Notes under the pieces: generated by a model
Told to the model about the DNA's origin: nothing
Databases searched by the model: none
The model's input: only the letters and a program-made list of their open reading frames with translations
Translations under genes and position numbers: made by a program
Shown here: piece after piece, positions 23,287 to 37,353 of the stretch
Layout of the letters: each line of letters opens with the position of its first letter
Numbering within the stretch: position 1 is the first letter of the stretch
From: an uncultured Planctomycetaceae bacterium
GTDB taxonomy: Bacteria; Planctomycetota; Planctomycetia; Planctomycetales; Planctomycetaceae
DNA: 64,000 bases
Assembly: GCA_963813715.1 (NCBI GenBank)
Contig: CAWFAK010000002.1
Coordinates: forward strand, 32,001-96,000
Reading direction: 5' to 3'

Positions 23287-23572
23287 GCTCGATCTCAGGA
23301 GGATCCGGTCTAGGCGGCGGTCTTCGCGACGCTACGATACCCCGTCGGTGGCCCCCACGGCCGCAAGATTAACCGAAGGTTAACGGCGGTCTGCTCTGCT
23401 TGGCAACCAAATCTCAGCGGCCAACCTCGGAGCACACGGACGGGCGCCGCCCGGTTCGATCAACCAATTATAGGCAGAAGTGGTTCCTCGAAACCGCCCG
23501 ACGCGTCGCCTGCAGCCGACGACCGGCGGCCAAATCACTCGGACCGTCGGTTCGGAGAGGCGCCGCTGCGCT

Positions 23573-24940
23573 CTATTTCGAGACGACGGGCTTCGGCCGT
23601 GTCACGTCGCCCGCGGCCTTCGATTTGGAGGGACTTTTATCAAGCTCGGCCCGCAGGCGTTTGGCTTCGTCCTGTGCCGCCTTGAGCTGGCCTTGCAGTG
23701 TTTTGACCTCGACGGCCAGTTCCGCCGCCTTGATCCCCTTCTCTTTCGCCTCGAGCGTCCGCTCGCGGAGGTTGACCGACATTTCCTTGACCGAGAACTC
23801 GGACTCCTTCTTGGCGACTTCCAGTTCCTTGCGGGCCAGCTCGAGTGCCTTGGGATCGGGTTGCGTTTTGATCGTCTCTTGGGCGGCCGCGAGCGATTTT
23901 TGCGTCAGGTCGAGCGACTTGCGGGACGCGTCGCGGTCGCGTTCGGCCGCGGCCAGCTTGTCCGTGAACTCGGCGGAGGCGGTCTGCAGCTTCTTGAGCT
24001 TGGCCAGCGCCTCGTCCCGTGCCGCGGCGAGCTCCTTGCGGATCGCTTCCGCGGCCCCGTCGGCTTTGGCCAATGAGGTCTTCAGAATCTCCGCCCGGGC
24101 TACGGCGTCGTCGCGGGCTTTCTCGGCCTCGCTCTTGGCTTTCTCGGCCAGGCCTTTGTCGGCGACGGCTTGCTTCGCCGCCGCGCTTGCCTGATCGCGG
24201 CTCGCTTCGGCCTTCTGGCGGGCCGCGTCTGCGTCGGCCGCCGCCTGTGTGGCCTGGGTTTTCGCACTCTGCGCGTCGGCCAGCGTCTTTTCCGCTGCCT
24301 TTTGGGACGCGAGGGCCGTATCCCGCTCGGCCGCCGCCGCCATCACCTTTTTATTGGCGGCCTCGACGTCTGCGACCGCCGCTTTGAGCTTCAACTCGAC
24401 TGCCTTGAGGTCGTTCTCAAACGATTTTAATTTCGCTTCGACGCGCGACCGGGTCGTCTCGGCCGTGTTGAGGTTCTCTTCGAGCAACTTCCGCGAAGCA
24501 AGGCTTTCGTCGCGGACCCGCTCTGCCTTGTTGCGCTCTTCATCCGACTTGGCGAACGCAGCCTTGGCGGCGTCGCGCTCCTTCAGGGCCAGCGCCCGTT
24601 CCGCATTGTGCTTCTTGAGTTTTTCTTCCGCCTGCTTCTGGGCGGCTTGCGCTTCTTGTGCCGTATGCTGGGCGGCGGCCAAATCGGCCTCGAGCTTGGC
24701 GTGTCGCTGCGCGTCCTGGTTCGACGTGTCGGGCGGCGGCGCCGGACGCGATTTGTTCGCCGCGAGCTGGGCCTCGAGCGTGGCGACCTGTCCCAACGCT
24801 TCCCGCCGTCCGCTTTGCGCCCAGAGCACGGCCGCCAGCAACAGCAGGATCACGCCGCAAGCCACCGGGATCAGCAGGTTCGGCTGGGATGCCGGTTCCT
24901 CGGCCGCGGGCGGCGGCGGGTCTGTGAGGTGAAGTGTCAT
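23573..24940 (-). CDS. Single-TM anchored long Ala/Lys/Glu coiled-coil protein
   Basis: MTLHLTDPPPP..LLIPVACGVILLLLAAVLW then ~400 aa of heptad-like helix. Confidence 0.8.
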   Translation of the reverse strand: MTLHLTDPPPPAAEEPASQPNLLIPVACGVILLLLAAVLWAQSGRREALGQVATLEAQLAANKSRPAPPPDTSNQDAQRHAKLEADLAAAQHTAQEAQAAQKQAEEKLKKHNAERALALKERDAAKAAFAKSDEERNKAERVRDESLASRKLLEENLNTAETTRSRVEAKLKSFENDLKAVELKLKAAVADVEAANKKVMAAAAERDTALASQKAAEKTLADAQSAKTQATQAAADADAARQKAEASRDQASAAAKQAVADKGLAEKAKSEAEKARDDAVARAEILKTSLAKADGAAEAIRKELAAARDEALAKLKKLQTASAEFTDKLAAAERDRDASRKSLDLTQKSLAAAQETIKTQPDPKALELARKELEVAKKESEFSVKEMSVNLRERTLEAKEKGIKAAELAVEVKTLQGQLKAAQDEAKRLRAELDKSPSKSKAAGDVTRPKPVVSK

Positions 24941-25157
24941 CGGTCGGCCCTCTCGCTCTCTCGGTTTGGTGTCGCCCCAGATGGTTTCCGAAAAATCACG
25001 GATAACTTCCGACAAAATCAGCGGATAATGCGCGTAGAAGTGCGGCTCCAGCATGGTCGATCGCGCGGGTCGAGTCAATTCCCATAATCCGACATTAACA
25101 CTTCCGAAACAGTCAATCGGGCCGCTAAAGTGCGCGAGTGGGCGGAGTGTGCTGACG

Positions 25158-26315
25158 ATGGATTCCCCGACCAGTTCGCAGAGCGAGACACAAGCCGCAG
25201 CGCCGGGCGGCGCGCCGTCCGGCGCTCCCCCGCGGGCGGCGTCCGTCTCGACTGCGCCGGCCACTTCGACGGGAGTCGACGCGCTGATTCGCCTCGGCTT
25301 GATTGGGCTGGGCCCGGCAGGCCAGTTTCACGCCGAACGCCTGTCGCTGCGTCCCGAGTTCGAGATCGTCGCCGCTTGCGATCCCGCCGGTCAGCCGGCG
25401 CGACGACTCCCCGGCCCACGCGGCACGGATCGGTCGATTAATTGCGACCTGGCGGAGCTCCTGGCGCGGGCCGACGTCGCCGCCGTATTGATTACGGGTC
25501 CCACCCCACACCGCGCGGATTGGGCCGAGCGGGCTCTGCGGGCGGGCAAACACGTCTGCCTCGACCCTCCTCCGTGCGCGAACGCGAACGAGCTCCGCCA
25601 CCTGCGGTCCGCCGCCCGCGACACGGGACGACGCCTCACAGTCCTGCCCACGTTTCGCGGCAGCGCCGATTTTCGCACGGCGCTCGACGTCGTGCGCGGC
25701 GCGCGCTTGGGCAGCCTGAACGCGGCCCGCCTGGTCTCGTGGGGCAAGGTCGTGCCACCGGTGGTCACCGCGCCGGCGTCGGCAAGCGCGGCACCCGGCG
25801 CCAATGGCTCGGTTGTGGGCGAAGTCGATCTGTTCGCGCACTTCGCTTATCAATACGTCGACCAGTTGCTGCAATTGCTCGGCCGCCGCCCGCAGTCGGT
25901 CTTCGCCCGGATTCTTCCCGCCGGCCAGTCGGTCGCCTCGATCACGTCGACCTCGATCGCCTTCACACTCGCGATCGCCTTCGACACGGGCGTCGATGCG
26001 GCAGCCGATGCACTCATCGACGTGAACCTGACAAGCGGTGCCGTGTTGCAGACGGGTTGGATGCTGGCGGGAGCTGACGGCGGCTACAGTGGCGGCCGCA
26101 TCTATCTGCAGGAAGACTCAGGCGAAATCTGCGACGAGCCCGTGCCCGCAAGCGATCGACCGGCTTCCGACGTGTACGGAGAGTTGGCCGCCACAATGCG
26201 CGACGAATCACACGCCGCGTCCTCCGTCGACGATGCCGAAACGGTCACGCGCGTGCTCGACGCGGCCCGCGAATCGTCACGCATTGGGCAGAGCGTGCCG
26301 CTCGAGACGGAATGA
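25158..26315 (+). CDS. Gfo/Idh/MocA-family oxidoreductase
   Basis: IRLGLIGLGPAG, ALRAGKHVCLDPP, C-term VLDAARESSRIGQSV. Confidence 0.8.
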   Translation: MDSPTSSQSETQAAAPGGAPSGAPPRAASVSTAPATSTGVDALIRLGLIGLGPAGQFHAERLSLRPEFEIVAACDPAGQPARRLPGPRGTDRSINCDLAELLARADVAAVLITGPTPHRADWAERALRAGKHVCLDPPPCANANELRHLRSAARDTGRRLTVLPTFRGSADFRTALDVVRGARLGSLNAARLVSWGKVVPPVVTAPASASAAPGANGSVVGEVDLFAHFAYQYVDQLLQLLGRRPQSVFARILPAGQSVASITSTSIAFTLAIAFDTGVDAAADALIDVNLTSGAVLQTGWMLAGADGGYSGGRIYLQEDSGEICDEPVPASDRPASDVYGELAATMRDESHAASSVDDAETVTRVLDAARESSRIGQSVPLETE

Positions 26316-26366
26316 TCGCTGTCCTTCGTCACATCGCCCGTCGCTCGCATCGCGCGCTTGCGGCGT

Positions 26367-26469
26367 TGTCTCACCCCGTTGGGGCTTTTCGCCCGCTGAG
26401 GGCGGCGTTGGATCCCGGGCCTTCGCTGCGCTACGACCCGGGCTATAGAATCTCGCCCCTCAGGGCTCA
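26367..26469. repeat. REP-like hairpin cluster between convergent genes
   Basis: CACCCCGTTGGGGCT / CCCGGG..CGCTGCGCTACG..CCCGGG / CGCCCCTCAGGGCT stem-loops. Confidence 0.6.
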
Positions 26470-26518
26470 AATCGTCGTTTATGTCGTGTAGGGCAGGCTG
26501 TGACGGCCGCCCCTCCGC

Positions 26519-27550
26519 TCAGTCGCTGGCCGCCGGCAGGTTCGCTTGCGCCGCCAGACGAGCGACCGCGAAGGCGCACGCGGCCTCCGCCACGGCGGGG
26601 CCGAAGATTTCGAGCAGGTTTACGGTCGCGACGTCGGCCAGCTGCGGACAGCTGGTCAACACACGGCGGCCCAGAAAACTGCCGACGCCGGAGAGGAAGA
26701 GGCGGTTGGGCACCAGTGGTTGCCCGCGCAGCACGGCCTCGAGCGCGCTTACGATGTGCCGTCGCTGTGCCTCGGCGAGTCCGCGGGCGGCTGTCTCCGC
26801 GTCTTCCCGCGAGAATTCGTCGCTGTCGCAGCCGATGCAGCGGGCGAGCCGATCACGGGCGCACGAGACTGTGGCCGGTCGAGCGTCGGCCGTGTCGCAG
26901 TCGGCCGGGTCTTCCAGCAGATCGCCCGTCGTGAGATAGACATCGAGCGTGGTCGCGAACAACTCGGCCATCACCGGGCACCAGCCGCCGCGAAACGGCA
27001 CGGAGCCCGCGACCGCGCAGACCGGCGTTCGTCGCACGCCCGTGTACACCAGCTCGCCCGCCTGCAGGCGCTCCCGATCCGTGCGGCCCGCGGGCACGGG
27101 TTGTCCGTCGGCCAGCGGAACGATATCGCAGGTCGTGGTGCCGATGTCGATCAACAGGGCGCCGCCGGCTGGAGCGAGTGGGCCGAGAAAGGTTGCCAGC
27201 GCATGCCAGTTGGCGGCCGCCGTCAGCAGCGGTTCGGCCCGGGCCTCGGATGGCGTCACAAAATGGCCCGTCGTCTGCCACACTTGCACCGGCGTGCCCC
27301 CGGCCGCCAGCTCGACGGAGCTGAGGATCGCGTCGACGCCGTCCCGCTTGGTGCGATAGCAGTCGGCCAGCTCTGCGGTCATGGTGACGGCAAGGCAATC
27401 CGGCGAATTGAACCCGGCCAGGAGCGCGTCGATCTCGGCCGCCAGGCGGTCGGGGTTTTTCCAGACGGCGAACGGACGCGTGATCGCGCGACCGTCCGCG
27501 TCGGCCGCCTTCAGATTCGCCCCGCCGATATCGAGTCCCACCACGTGCAC
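26519..27550 (-). CDS. H4MPT/methanofuran-linked C1 pathway protein (Orf9/MfnF-like, hydantoinase/oxoprolinase N-terminal family)
   Basis: VVGLDIGGANLKAA, AVTMTAELADCY, AAANWHA, LIDIGTTTCDIVP, ELVYTGVRRTP, ELFATTLD, TADARP, RLARCIG. Confidence 0.88.
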   Translation of the reverse strand: MHVVGLDIGGANLKAADADGRAITRPFAVWKNPDRLAAEIDALLAGFNSPDCLAVTMTAELADCYRTKRDGVDAILSSVELAAGGTPVQVWQTTGHFVTPSEARAEPLLTAAANWHALATFLGPLAPAGGALLIDIGTTTCDIVPLADGQPVPAGRTDRERLQAGELVYTGVRRTPVCAVAGSVPFRGGWCPVMAELFATTLDVYLTTGDLLEDPADCDTADARPATVSCARDRLARCIGCDSDEFSREDAETAARGLAEAQRRHIVSALEAVLRGQPLVPNRLFLSGVGSFLGRRVLTSCPQLADVATVNLLEIFGPAVAEAACAFAVARLAAQANLPAASD

Positions 27551-27559
27551 GACAACTCC

Positions 27560-28819
27560 TCAGAATCTTCCGAACGGTGCCGTCGGCATCGAATTCGACG
27601 GAGTTGGATTGTCGGGTGGCACTGGCGGCTTGCCCGCCAGTGTTGCCTTCGCCTCTCTCTGACGAGGACACTGGCGGGCAAGCCGCCAGTGCCACCCGGA
27701 ATGCGTTATTGACCGCACGAGACCCGCAGTACCATTCGCTGGACTCTCGTGCCTCGAAGCACGCAAGCATCCGTGCCGCCAGGTTTGCTCCGGTCAGCCG
27801 GCGATAGCCCACATAAGAAGTTGTCAGCCGCGGATTGACTTCGACGAGCCGCACATGCGGTGCTTGCGACGAGACGATCAGATCGAAGCCGACCCAACCG
27901 GACAGTCCAGGCAGCGTCCGGCAGACTTCCCCGACCAGATCGACCACCGCGGTGGCGAGTGCCGGCGCAAGATCGACCGCTGGAATCCGGCCGCCGCGAT
28001 AACCGAATCGCCCGTCGTTTGTCAGCCGCTGCTCGCCCAAGGGAAGCATGTCGATCCGCCCGTCGCGCGGGTCGATCAACACGGCAGTGGACAGCGCGCG
28101 GCCGGGAATAAATGGCTGGGCGACCATCTCGGAGTGATGATTTTCGGCAGGCCCCCCCGAGCACACTCTTCCCCTCTCTCCCCCGGCGGGAGAGGGGTCG
28201 GGGGTGAGGGGCGCCCTTTACTCAACTTCGTCGCGAACTCGTGAAACTCGTCCGCGTCACGAATCAGGATGGTGTCGACCGATCCGGCGCCGTCGCGCGG
28301 CTTGACGACGATCGGGAACTGTAACCCGTCGAACCCAACAGAACGGTCGAACCGGATCGTAGGAATTGTCGGGATCGAGTGCCGCACCAGGTGTTCGCAA
28401 TAAGGAGAGCTTGTCGCCGCAGAGTTCGATCGCCTTGGCGGTCGGCCCCAGGAAGCGTCCGCCGGCCGCGTCGGTCATGCGTCGGCGTTCAAGCAAGATC
28501 CCCCCTGTTTCTGGGGCGATCACCAGCGTAGCCTGGGCTGCCCGCGCTAATTCGGAGAACAAACAACGCTCGTGCTCGGGCGACTCGACCCAGACCACGC
28601 GCGCCTGTTCCTCGAGGTGGGCGACTGCGGGCAATTCCCGCAGCCGCCGGTCGATCGTCGTCACGACCGAGTCGCGCCGGCTGGGTGCGTCGTCAGGGAT
28701 CTGCGAAAAATCGGCGACGACGGCGGTCAGCATGGCGAGCCCCTCCGCGCGAGCGAACTGTCGCTCAAATCGCCGTCGAATGCGCCGGAGCAGAAGAATT
28801 CGTGGACGAATACAGGCAT
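27560..28819 (-). CDS. ATP-grasp ligase, MfnD-like (methanofuran/methylofuran pathway); several frameshifts
   Basis: MPVFVHEF...EGLAMLTAVVADF, LVIAPETGGIL, LCGDK, PIVVKPRDGAGS, QPFIPG, FGYRGG, GWVGFD, VEVNPRLTTSYVG; adjacent to the Orf9-like gene. Confidence 0.82.
27613..27698. repeat. REP-like doublet family A, inside the ATP-grasp gene 3' end
   Basis: CGGGTGGCACTGGCGGCTTGCCCGCCAGTG ... CACTGGCGGGCAAGCCGCCAGTGCCACCCG; matches 131-212. Confidence 0.88.
28171..28211. repeat. CCCCTCTC..GAGAGGGG..GGGGTGAGGGG palindromic element inside the ATP-grasp gene
   Basis: CCCCTCTCTCCCCCGGCGGGAGAGGGGTCGGGGGTGAGGGG; reads PSPPTPLPPGERG on the minus strand. Confidence 0.8.
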
Positions 28820-28902
28820 CGTTGCCGCCGCGGGAAAGGGACAGGTATCATACCGGCGCGTTTGGCGTCACAAAATCGCGCCCGCCTGCAGAGAGTCACC
28901 TG

Positions 28903-29847
28903 ATGAGTGCCGATTCCGTCTCTCGACGCGACTTTTTGTCGCTGACCGCGACCGCAACTGCCGCCGTCGCAACTCACGCTGTCGCGCTGGCTCCCACGTT
29001 CGCTCCGGCCGCCGGCGACAAGTCCGCCCCGCCACTGCATAAAGCAGTCAAGTTCTCGATGGTCCGCCGCACCGGTTCGCTCTCCGACACGTTCAAGATG
29101 GTCAAGGAGTGCGGCTTCGAGGGGATCGACATCGACCGCCACGTCGATCACGACGAGGTTGCTCAGGCCAAGCGGGATAGCGGCCTCATCGTGCACGGCG
29201 TTGTCGGTTATGACCATTGGGCGAAGCCCCTCTCCGATCCGAGCGAAACGGTCCGCAAGGCCGGCCGCGACAGCTTCATCGGCTCGCTCCACGATTGCAA
29301 AGCCTACGGCGGCACCACCGCTCTGCTCGTCCCGGGCCGCGTCACCAAGCAGGTCTATTACGCCGACGCTTACAAGCGCTCGCAGGACGAAGTCCGCAAG
29401 CTCGTGCCGATTGCCGAAGAGCTGCAGATTTTCATTTGCATCGAAAACGTCTGGAACGACATGCTGATCACGCCGCTGGAAATGGCCCGCTACATCGATG
29501 AGATCAACAGCCCGTGGGTCGGCTCCTATTACGATATCGGCAACAGCGTCCGCTTCGGCTGGCCCGAACACTGGATCGCCGCCCTCGGCAAGCGGATCAA
29601 AAAGGTCGACGTCAAGGAATACAGCCGCAAACTGATGAACACCAAAGGGCCCGGCGCGGGCTTCAAACTCAAGATCGGCGATCCGGGGGGCGACTGCGAC
29701 TGGCCCAACGTCTTGGCGGCTCTCGACGGCATTGGATACCACGGCTGGGCCACGGCCGAAGTCCCCGGAGGCGGAGCCGAAGAACTCAAGGACATTTCGC
29801 AACGGATGGATCGAATCTTCGCCTCGCACGATTTGGCGACGAGGTGA
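28903..29847 (+). CDS. Tat-exported sugar phosphate isomerase/epimerase (xylose isomerase-like TIM barrel)
   Basis: SRRDFL twin-arginine signal; IENVWN, YYDIGN, VDVKEY, WATAEV. Confidence 0.88.
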   Translation: MSADSVSRRDFLSLTATATAAVATHAVALAPTFAPAAGDKSAPPLHKAVKFSMVRRTGSLSDTFKMVKECGFEGIDIDRHVDHDEVAQAKRDSGLIVHGVVGYDHWAKPLSDPSETVRKAGRDSFIGSLHDCKAYGGTTALLVPGRVTKQVYYADAYKRSQDEVRKLVPIAEELQIFICIENVWNDMLITPLEMARYIDEINSPWVGSYYDIGNSVRFGWPEHWIAALGKRIKKVDVKEYSRKLMNTKGPGAGFKLKIGDPGGDCDWPNVLAALDGIGYHGWATAEVPGGGAEELKDISQRMDRIFASHDLATR

Positions 29848-29974
29848 TCGCCAGAAAAGCCCGGCGAGCGGCCCGTGTCAGCTGGCCGGTGCTTCAGTGT
29901 TTTCTCCTCTCAGGCCAGTTGAACCAGTGACCGCCACGGCGGGCACCAGCAAATACAAATAATCGGAGCGACAA

Positions 29975-34063
<4,089 letters not shown>

Positions 34064-34134
34064 GCCGCGGACTCTATTCTTTAACGCCCCGCCCCGCCTT
34101 CAGCTTGATCCGCAGTGCGCCACGCGTCATGTCC

Positions 34135-34530
34135 TTATGGTCCGCTGATGCCTGTCATCACGTAGTAGAGCTGTCGGATCAAGAAGACGCTGACGAAGAC
34201 CAGACCCCAACGTAGAAGAGGGCCGTCGAGTCTGAACAGCCAGCGCGAGCGCAGGTGAGACAAGTAGGCCTTGACGGTCGCTTCGGCCTCTTCCGTCGGT
34301 GTGTCTCCCTGGCGCCAGATATGGAACACGCCGCGGTCGCACTCAGCGTGGCGGCACGTGCGGGCATCTCGAAGAAACGCCCCAGACCTGATCTGTCGAC
34401 GTTCTTGCCGACGGATCCGGTGAACCCGCATCGGACGAAAGCTCGCAATCCTCATCGCACGGCGGAGGATTGGCACCTCGCGAGCAGGCACGTGCCAAAT
34501 TCTTTTCACGCAATGCTTGACGAGATCCAA
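34135..34530 (-). CDS. Possible small hypothetical protein with C-terminal TM (weak)
   Basis: C-term [23 protein letters not shown] is protein-like; the N-terminal part is not convincing. Confidence 0.3.
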   Translation of the reverse strand: MDLVKHCVKRIWHVPAREVPILRRAMRIASFRPMRVHRIRRQERRQIRSGAFLRDARTCRHAECDRGVFHIWRQGDTPTEEAEATVKAYLSHLRSRWLFRLDGPLLRWGLVFVSVFLIRQLYYVMTGISGP

Positions 34531-34747
34531 CGCCTTAGCTACTCATATTCTCACGATCTTAAGAATAAGCGAACGTTTGTGCAGTGAGCAGTTTTGCAGC
34601 GGCCTGCCCGCTCCTGAGTGGGACCGCGACTTCGTTAACGGAGGTCGACTCAGACATCGATTGCGATCCCTAATCACTCGATCGAAATCAACGTCGACCC
34701 TATTCAGATTTGCCGCGGCTCAATCTTTCTCTTTGAGGAGTGCTCCA

Positions 34748-36022
34748 TTGAACGCCTCGATTCTCTCTCGATCGACACGCCGCTCTGCTTGGCACCCAAA
34801 AGGGTTTACGTTGATCGAGCTGTTGGTGGTGATCGCGATCATCGCGGTGCTCATCGCTCTCCTGCTGCCGGCCGTGCAAGCGGCTCGGGAAGCGGCCCGC
34901 CGCAGCCAATGCCGCAATAACCTCAAGCAGATCGCTCTGGCGGCGCACAATTACCACGATGTGAACAACACCCTTCCCCCAGCGTTCGATTTGCTGTTGG
35001 GCACCCTTTCCAACGGCGGCGCCGGCGCATTTTGTCTTTTCTGTCCCACCAACCCGTGCTGCGGCTACTGTCACACCGACGGGAACGTTCATGTTTGGGG
35101 CGAGCGTCTGCTCCCGTTTCTGGAAGCCACCACCGTTTACAACAAGATCTGCATGAACGCGCCGATATTCTCGCCCGCTTGTTTGACCACTCCGCCGTTC
35201 GGCGGCGGTACCTACACCGCTCTCAATTCGGGATCGTGCTGTGCCGGGCTGTCGCGACCGGCAGCCGCCATAATTCCGACATTCGTCTGTCCGTCTGCGC
35301 CGCGGACCTCAAACCCGTTCCAGGAGAACGGCCTCATTACCGAGTTCACCGGCGGCCTGATTTCGTGCAACCCTTTTGGAGTCAAACCCTATTGGGCAGG
35401 TGCCGACGATTACACGGCAATCAACTGTTACTGCAGCGGTCTGGCCAACGCTTACGATAACCAAACGAGCCCCTGCGATCCCCAAGGGGCTCAATCGTTC
35501 CTGACTCCCCGAGGATGCAACCGCCGGGCCGGTGTGCTGAACTGGTTGAGCATCCGCAAGGGATTCTCACCCACGTCGCTCGACATGATCACCGACGGCA
35601 CCTCGACGACCATCTTCTGTGGGGAACTCGCCGGCCGGCCCGACCTCTGGCAGCGGGGCGTGAAGAAAATTGCGAGCTGCCCCTGTCAGGGCGGGAACCT
35701 GGTGCCGGTCGATCCTACGGGGTTCCCCGCACCTCCCGGAAACGCCGGCGGATGCTGGGGCTGTCTCGACAACGCCTACAGCCAGCTGTTCGGCTCGACT
35801 TTTTCCGGCGGAACAGCCCCGGCAACGGGGACGGCACCGGTCTGCTTCATCAACTGCACCAACCAGGCGAAGATGAATCTCTACAGCTTTCATCCCGGGT
35901 CGTGCGGTCTGGCGATGTGCGACGGCTCAGCCCACATGATCAGCGAGAACATCGGCACGCTGCCCTTCTGTCGCATGATCACGTTTAACGGCCGTGCGCC
36001 AGTGACGGATAGTGCCTTCTAA
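34748..36022 (+). CDS. DUF1559 prepilin-type N-methylation protein, unusually Cys-rich
   Basis: [57 protein letters not shown]...DGS (H-X9-DG); GAGGAG RBS before TTG 34748. Confidence 0.93.
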   Translation: MNASILSRSTRRSAWHPKGFTLIELLVVIAIIAVLIALLLPAVQAAREAARRSQCRNNLKQIALAAHNYHDVNNTLPPAFDLLLGTLSNGGAGAFCLFCPTNPCCGYCHTDGNVHVWGERLLPFLEATTVYNKICMNAPIFSPACLTTPPFGGGTYTALNSGSCCAGLSRPAAAIIPTFVCPSAPRTSNPFQENGLITEFTGGLISCNPFGVKPYWAGADDYTAINCYCSGLANAYDNQTSPCDPQGAQSFLTPRGCNRRAGVLNWLSIRKGFSPTSLDMITDGTSTTIFCGELAGRPDLWQRGVKKIASCPCQGGNLVPVDPTGFPAPPGNAGGCWGCLDNAYSQLFGSTFSGGTAPATGTAPVCFINCTNQAKMNLYSFHPGSCGLAMCDGSAHMISENIGTLPFCRMITFNGRAPVTDSAF

Positions 36023-36057
36023 ATTGTGCTGCAAGTTCGGAAATGATCACAGCCTGC

Positions 36058-36900
36058 CTAGGGCAACTCGATGCCCGATGGCGGGCGGTCGATCATTTTC
36101 CCGAGCGGCGTGCCTCTGTTTTGCGTTTGGCCTCCGGTCGCCAGAAAGAAGCAGTCGCCCGCCACGCCCGCATCGATGTTGAGCGCTGGGTTGCGGTCGG
36201 CGGTGAAGCGAGCCCGCGTCAGCGCCGTCCACTGCCCGTCTTTCGACCGGATCCAGCCATTGCCAAATCGCGCCCGGCGTGCTTCGGTCGCCGAGACCCC
36301 GTTGCGGCGAAAGTCTTCGATGAATGAGTAGTACCCGCGGAGTCCGCGGCCCTGGCTTATGGTCGAGAACGTCACCAGGTGCTTCCAGACTTTCTTTTCG
36401 GGAAGGTAAAAAAAGCTGGCGAACTCGGTGCGATCTCCGGCGGTGCGGGCCGTCACAAAAAAGCGGTAGGTCTTTCCCACGTTCCAGTCGTAGTCAAAAA
36501 ACGACTGCCCGCCGGTGCCTTCATTGCCAAACCGGCCGACGCGCACCCCTTCTCCCTGATACAGCGTCTTAACCTGCTTGTCCTTGTCGACCTGTTTGGG
36601 GTCAGACTGTTTGCCCGGGTCCCAAACGGAAAAGAGAACCACTTTTTTCCCGATCGCAGACTGCTGGATCCCGAAGTAACCCAGATCGAAACCGCACGCC
36701 ATGAAATAGGTGCCGGCCGCCGATTGACCGACGGTGACCTCGTTGTAAAACGCGACTCCTTCGGACGCCTGATAGAAAAGGTGGACGCTGCGGCAGGCAG
36801 CGGCAGTCGTCTTCTTCTCGTCGGCCCGCGCGGTCGCACACAGCAGGAACAGCAAACCGACTCCTGCCAGCAAGCGGCCGGCGGTGCCGTTTGGTTTCAT
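36058..36900 (-). CDS. Secreted DUF3472-family protein
   Basis: Signal peptide; RSVHL, FYNEVTV, GTYFMACGF, GYFGIQ, LFSVWD, FGNEGTGGQ, YSFIEDF. Confidence 0.8.
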   Translation of the reverse strand: MKPNGTAGRLLAGVGLLFLLCATARADEKKTTAAACRSVHLFYQASEGVAFYNEVTVGQSAAGTYFMACGFDLGYFGIQQSAIGKKVVLFSVWDPGKQSDPKQVDKDKQVKTLYQGEGVRVGRFGNEGTGGQSFFDYDWNVGKTYRFFVTARTAGDRTEFASFFYLPEKKVWKHLVTFSTISQGRGLRGYYSFIEDFRRNGVSATEARRARFGNGWIRSKDGQWTALTRARFTADRNPALNIDAGVAGDCFFLATGGQTQNRGTPLGKMIDRPPSGIELP

Positions 36901-37054
36901 GCGCTGGTATCCGGTGCGAGGGATTCTCAGAAACACGTTCGGAGCAACCTACCACGTCCGCCAACAATTCGCACACATCGACTCCCTCCGCCGGCCGTTT
37001 TGCCGCACGCCGCTTCAAGAGGCGTCAGCGGCAGATATCCAAGCTCCCGCGCGG

Positions 37055-37101
37055 TGTCGAACGGAACACTGTCGAACGGAAACACTGTCGAACGGAAATA
37101 C
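37055..37101 (+). repeat. Three tandem 15-16 bp direct repeats TGTCGAACGGAA(A)(C/T)AC
   Basis: 37055-37069, 37070-37085, 37086-37101, intergenic. Confidence 0.85.
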
Positions 37102-37353
37102 CGACTCGATAAAGAGCGACAACTTTACCGGGCGCGGATCTTTCAGCCGGCGCGGATGTGGATCGGCTTGTACCGACATCTTGGAAGCTATCCGTCGAGG
37201 GTCGCTATTATCGGAATCGCAGACCCGGGCTCGGCGTCATCGGCTCCAAGTGACCGTCTATTTGAGGAACCCTTTCCGGAGGAGAGGGCCATCAAACGAC
37301 CGATAAGTGCCACTGTCGGGAGAAGCAACAGCAGGCCATTGGCGACGCAGAGA

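Noticed and set aside
26853..27559. Apparent ATP-grasp read-through or fusion into the Orf9-like gene
   Set aside because: The extension is out of frame with Orf9 and Arg-rich; a 1-nt shift gives a TGA at 27560 next to the GAGGAG RBS of the next gene.
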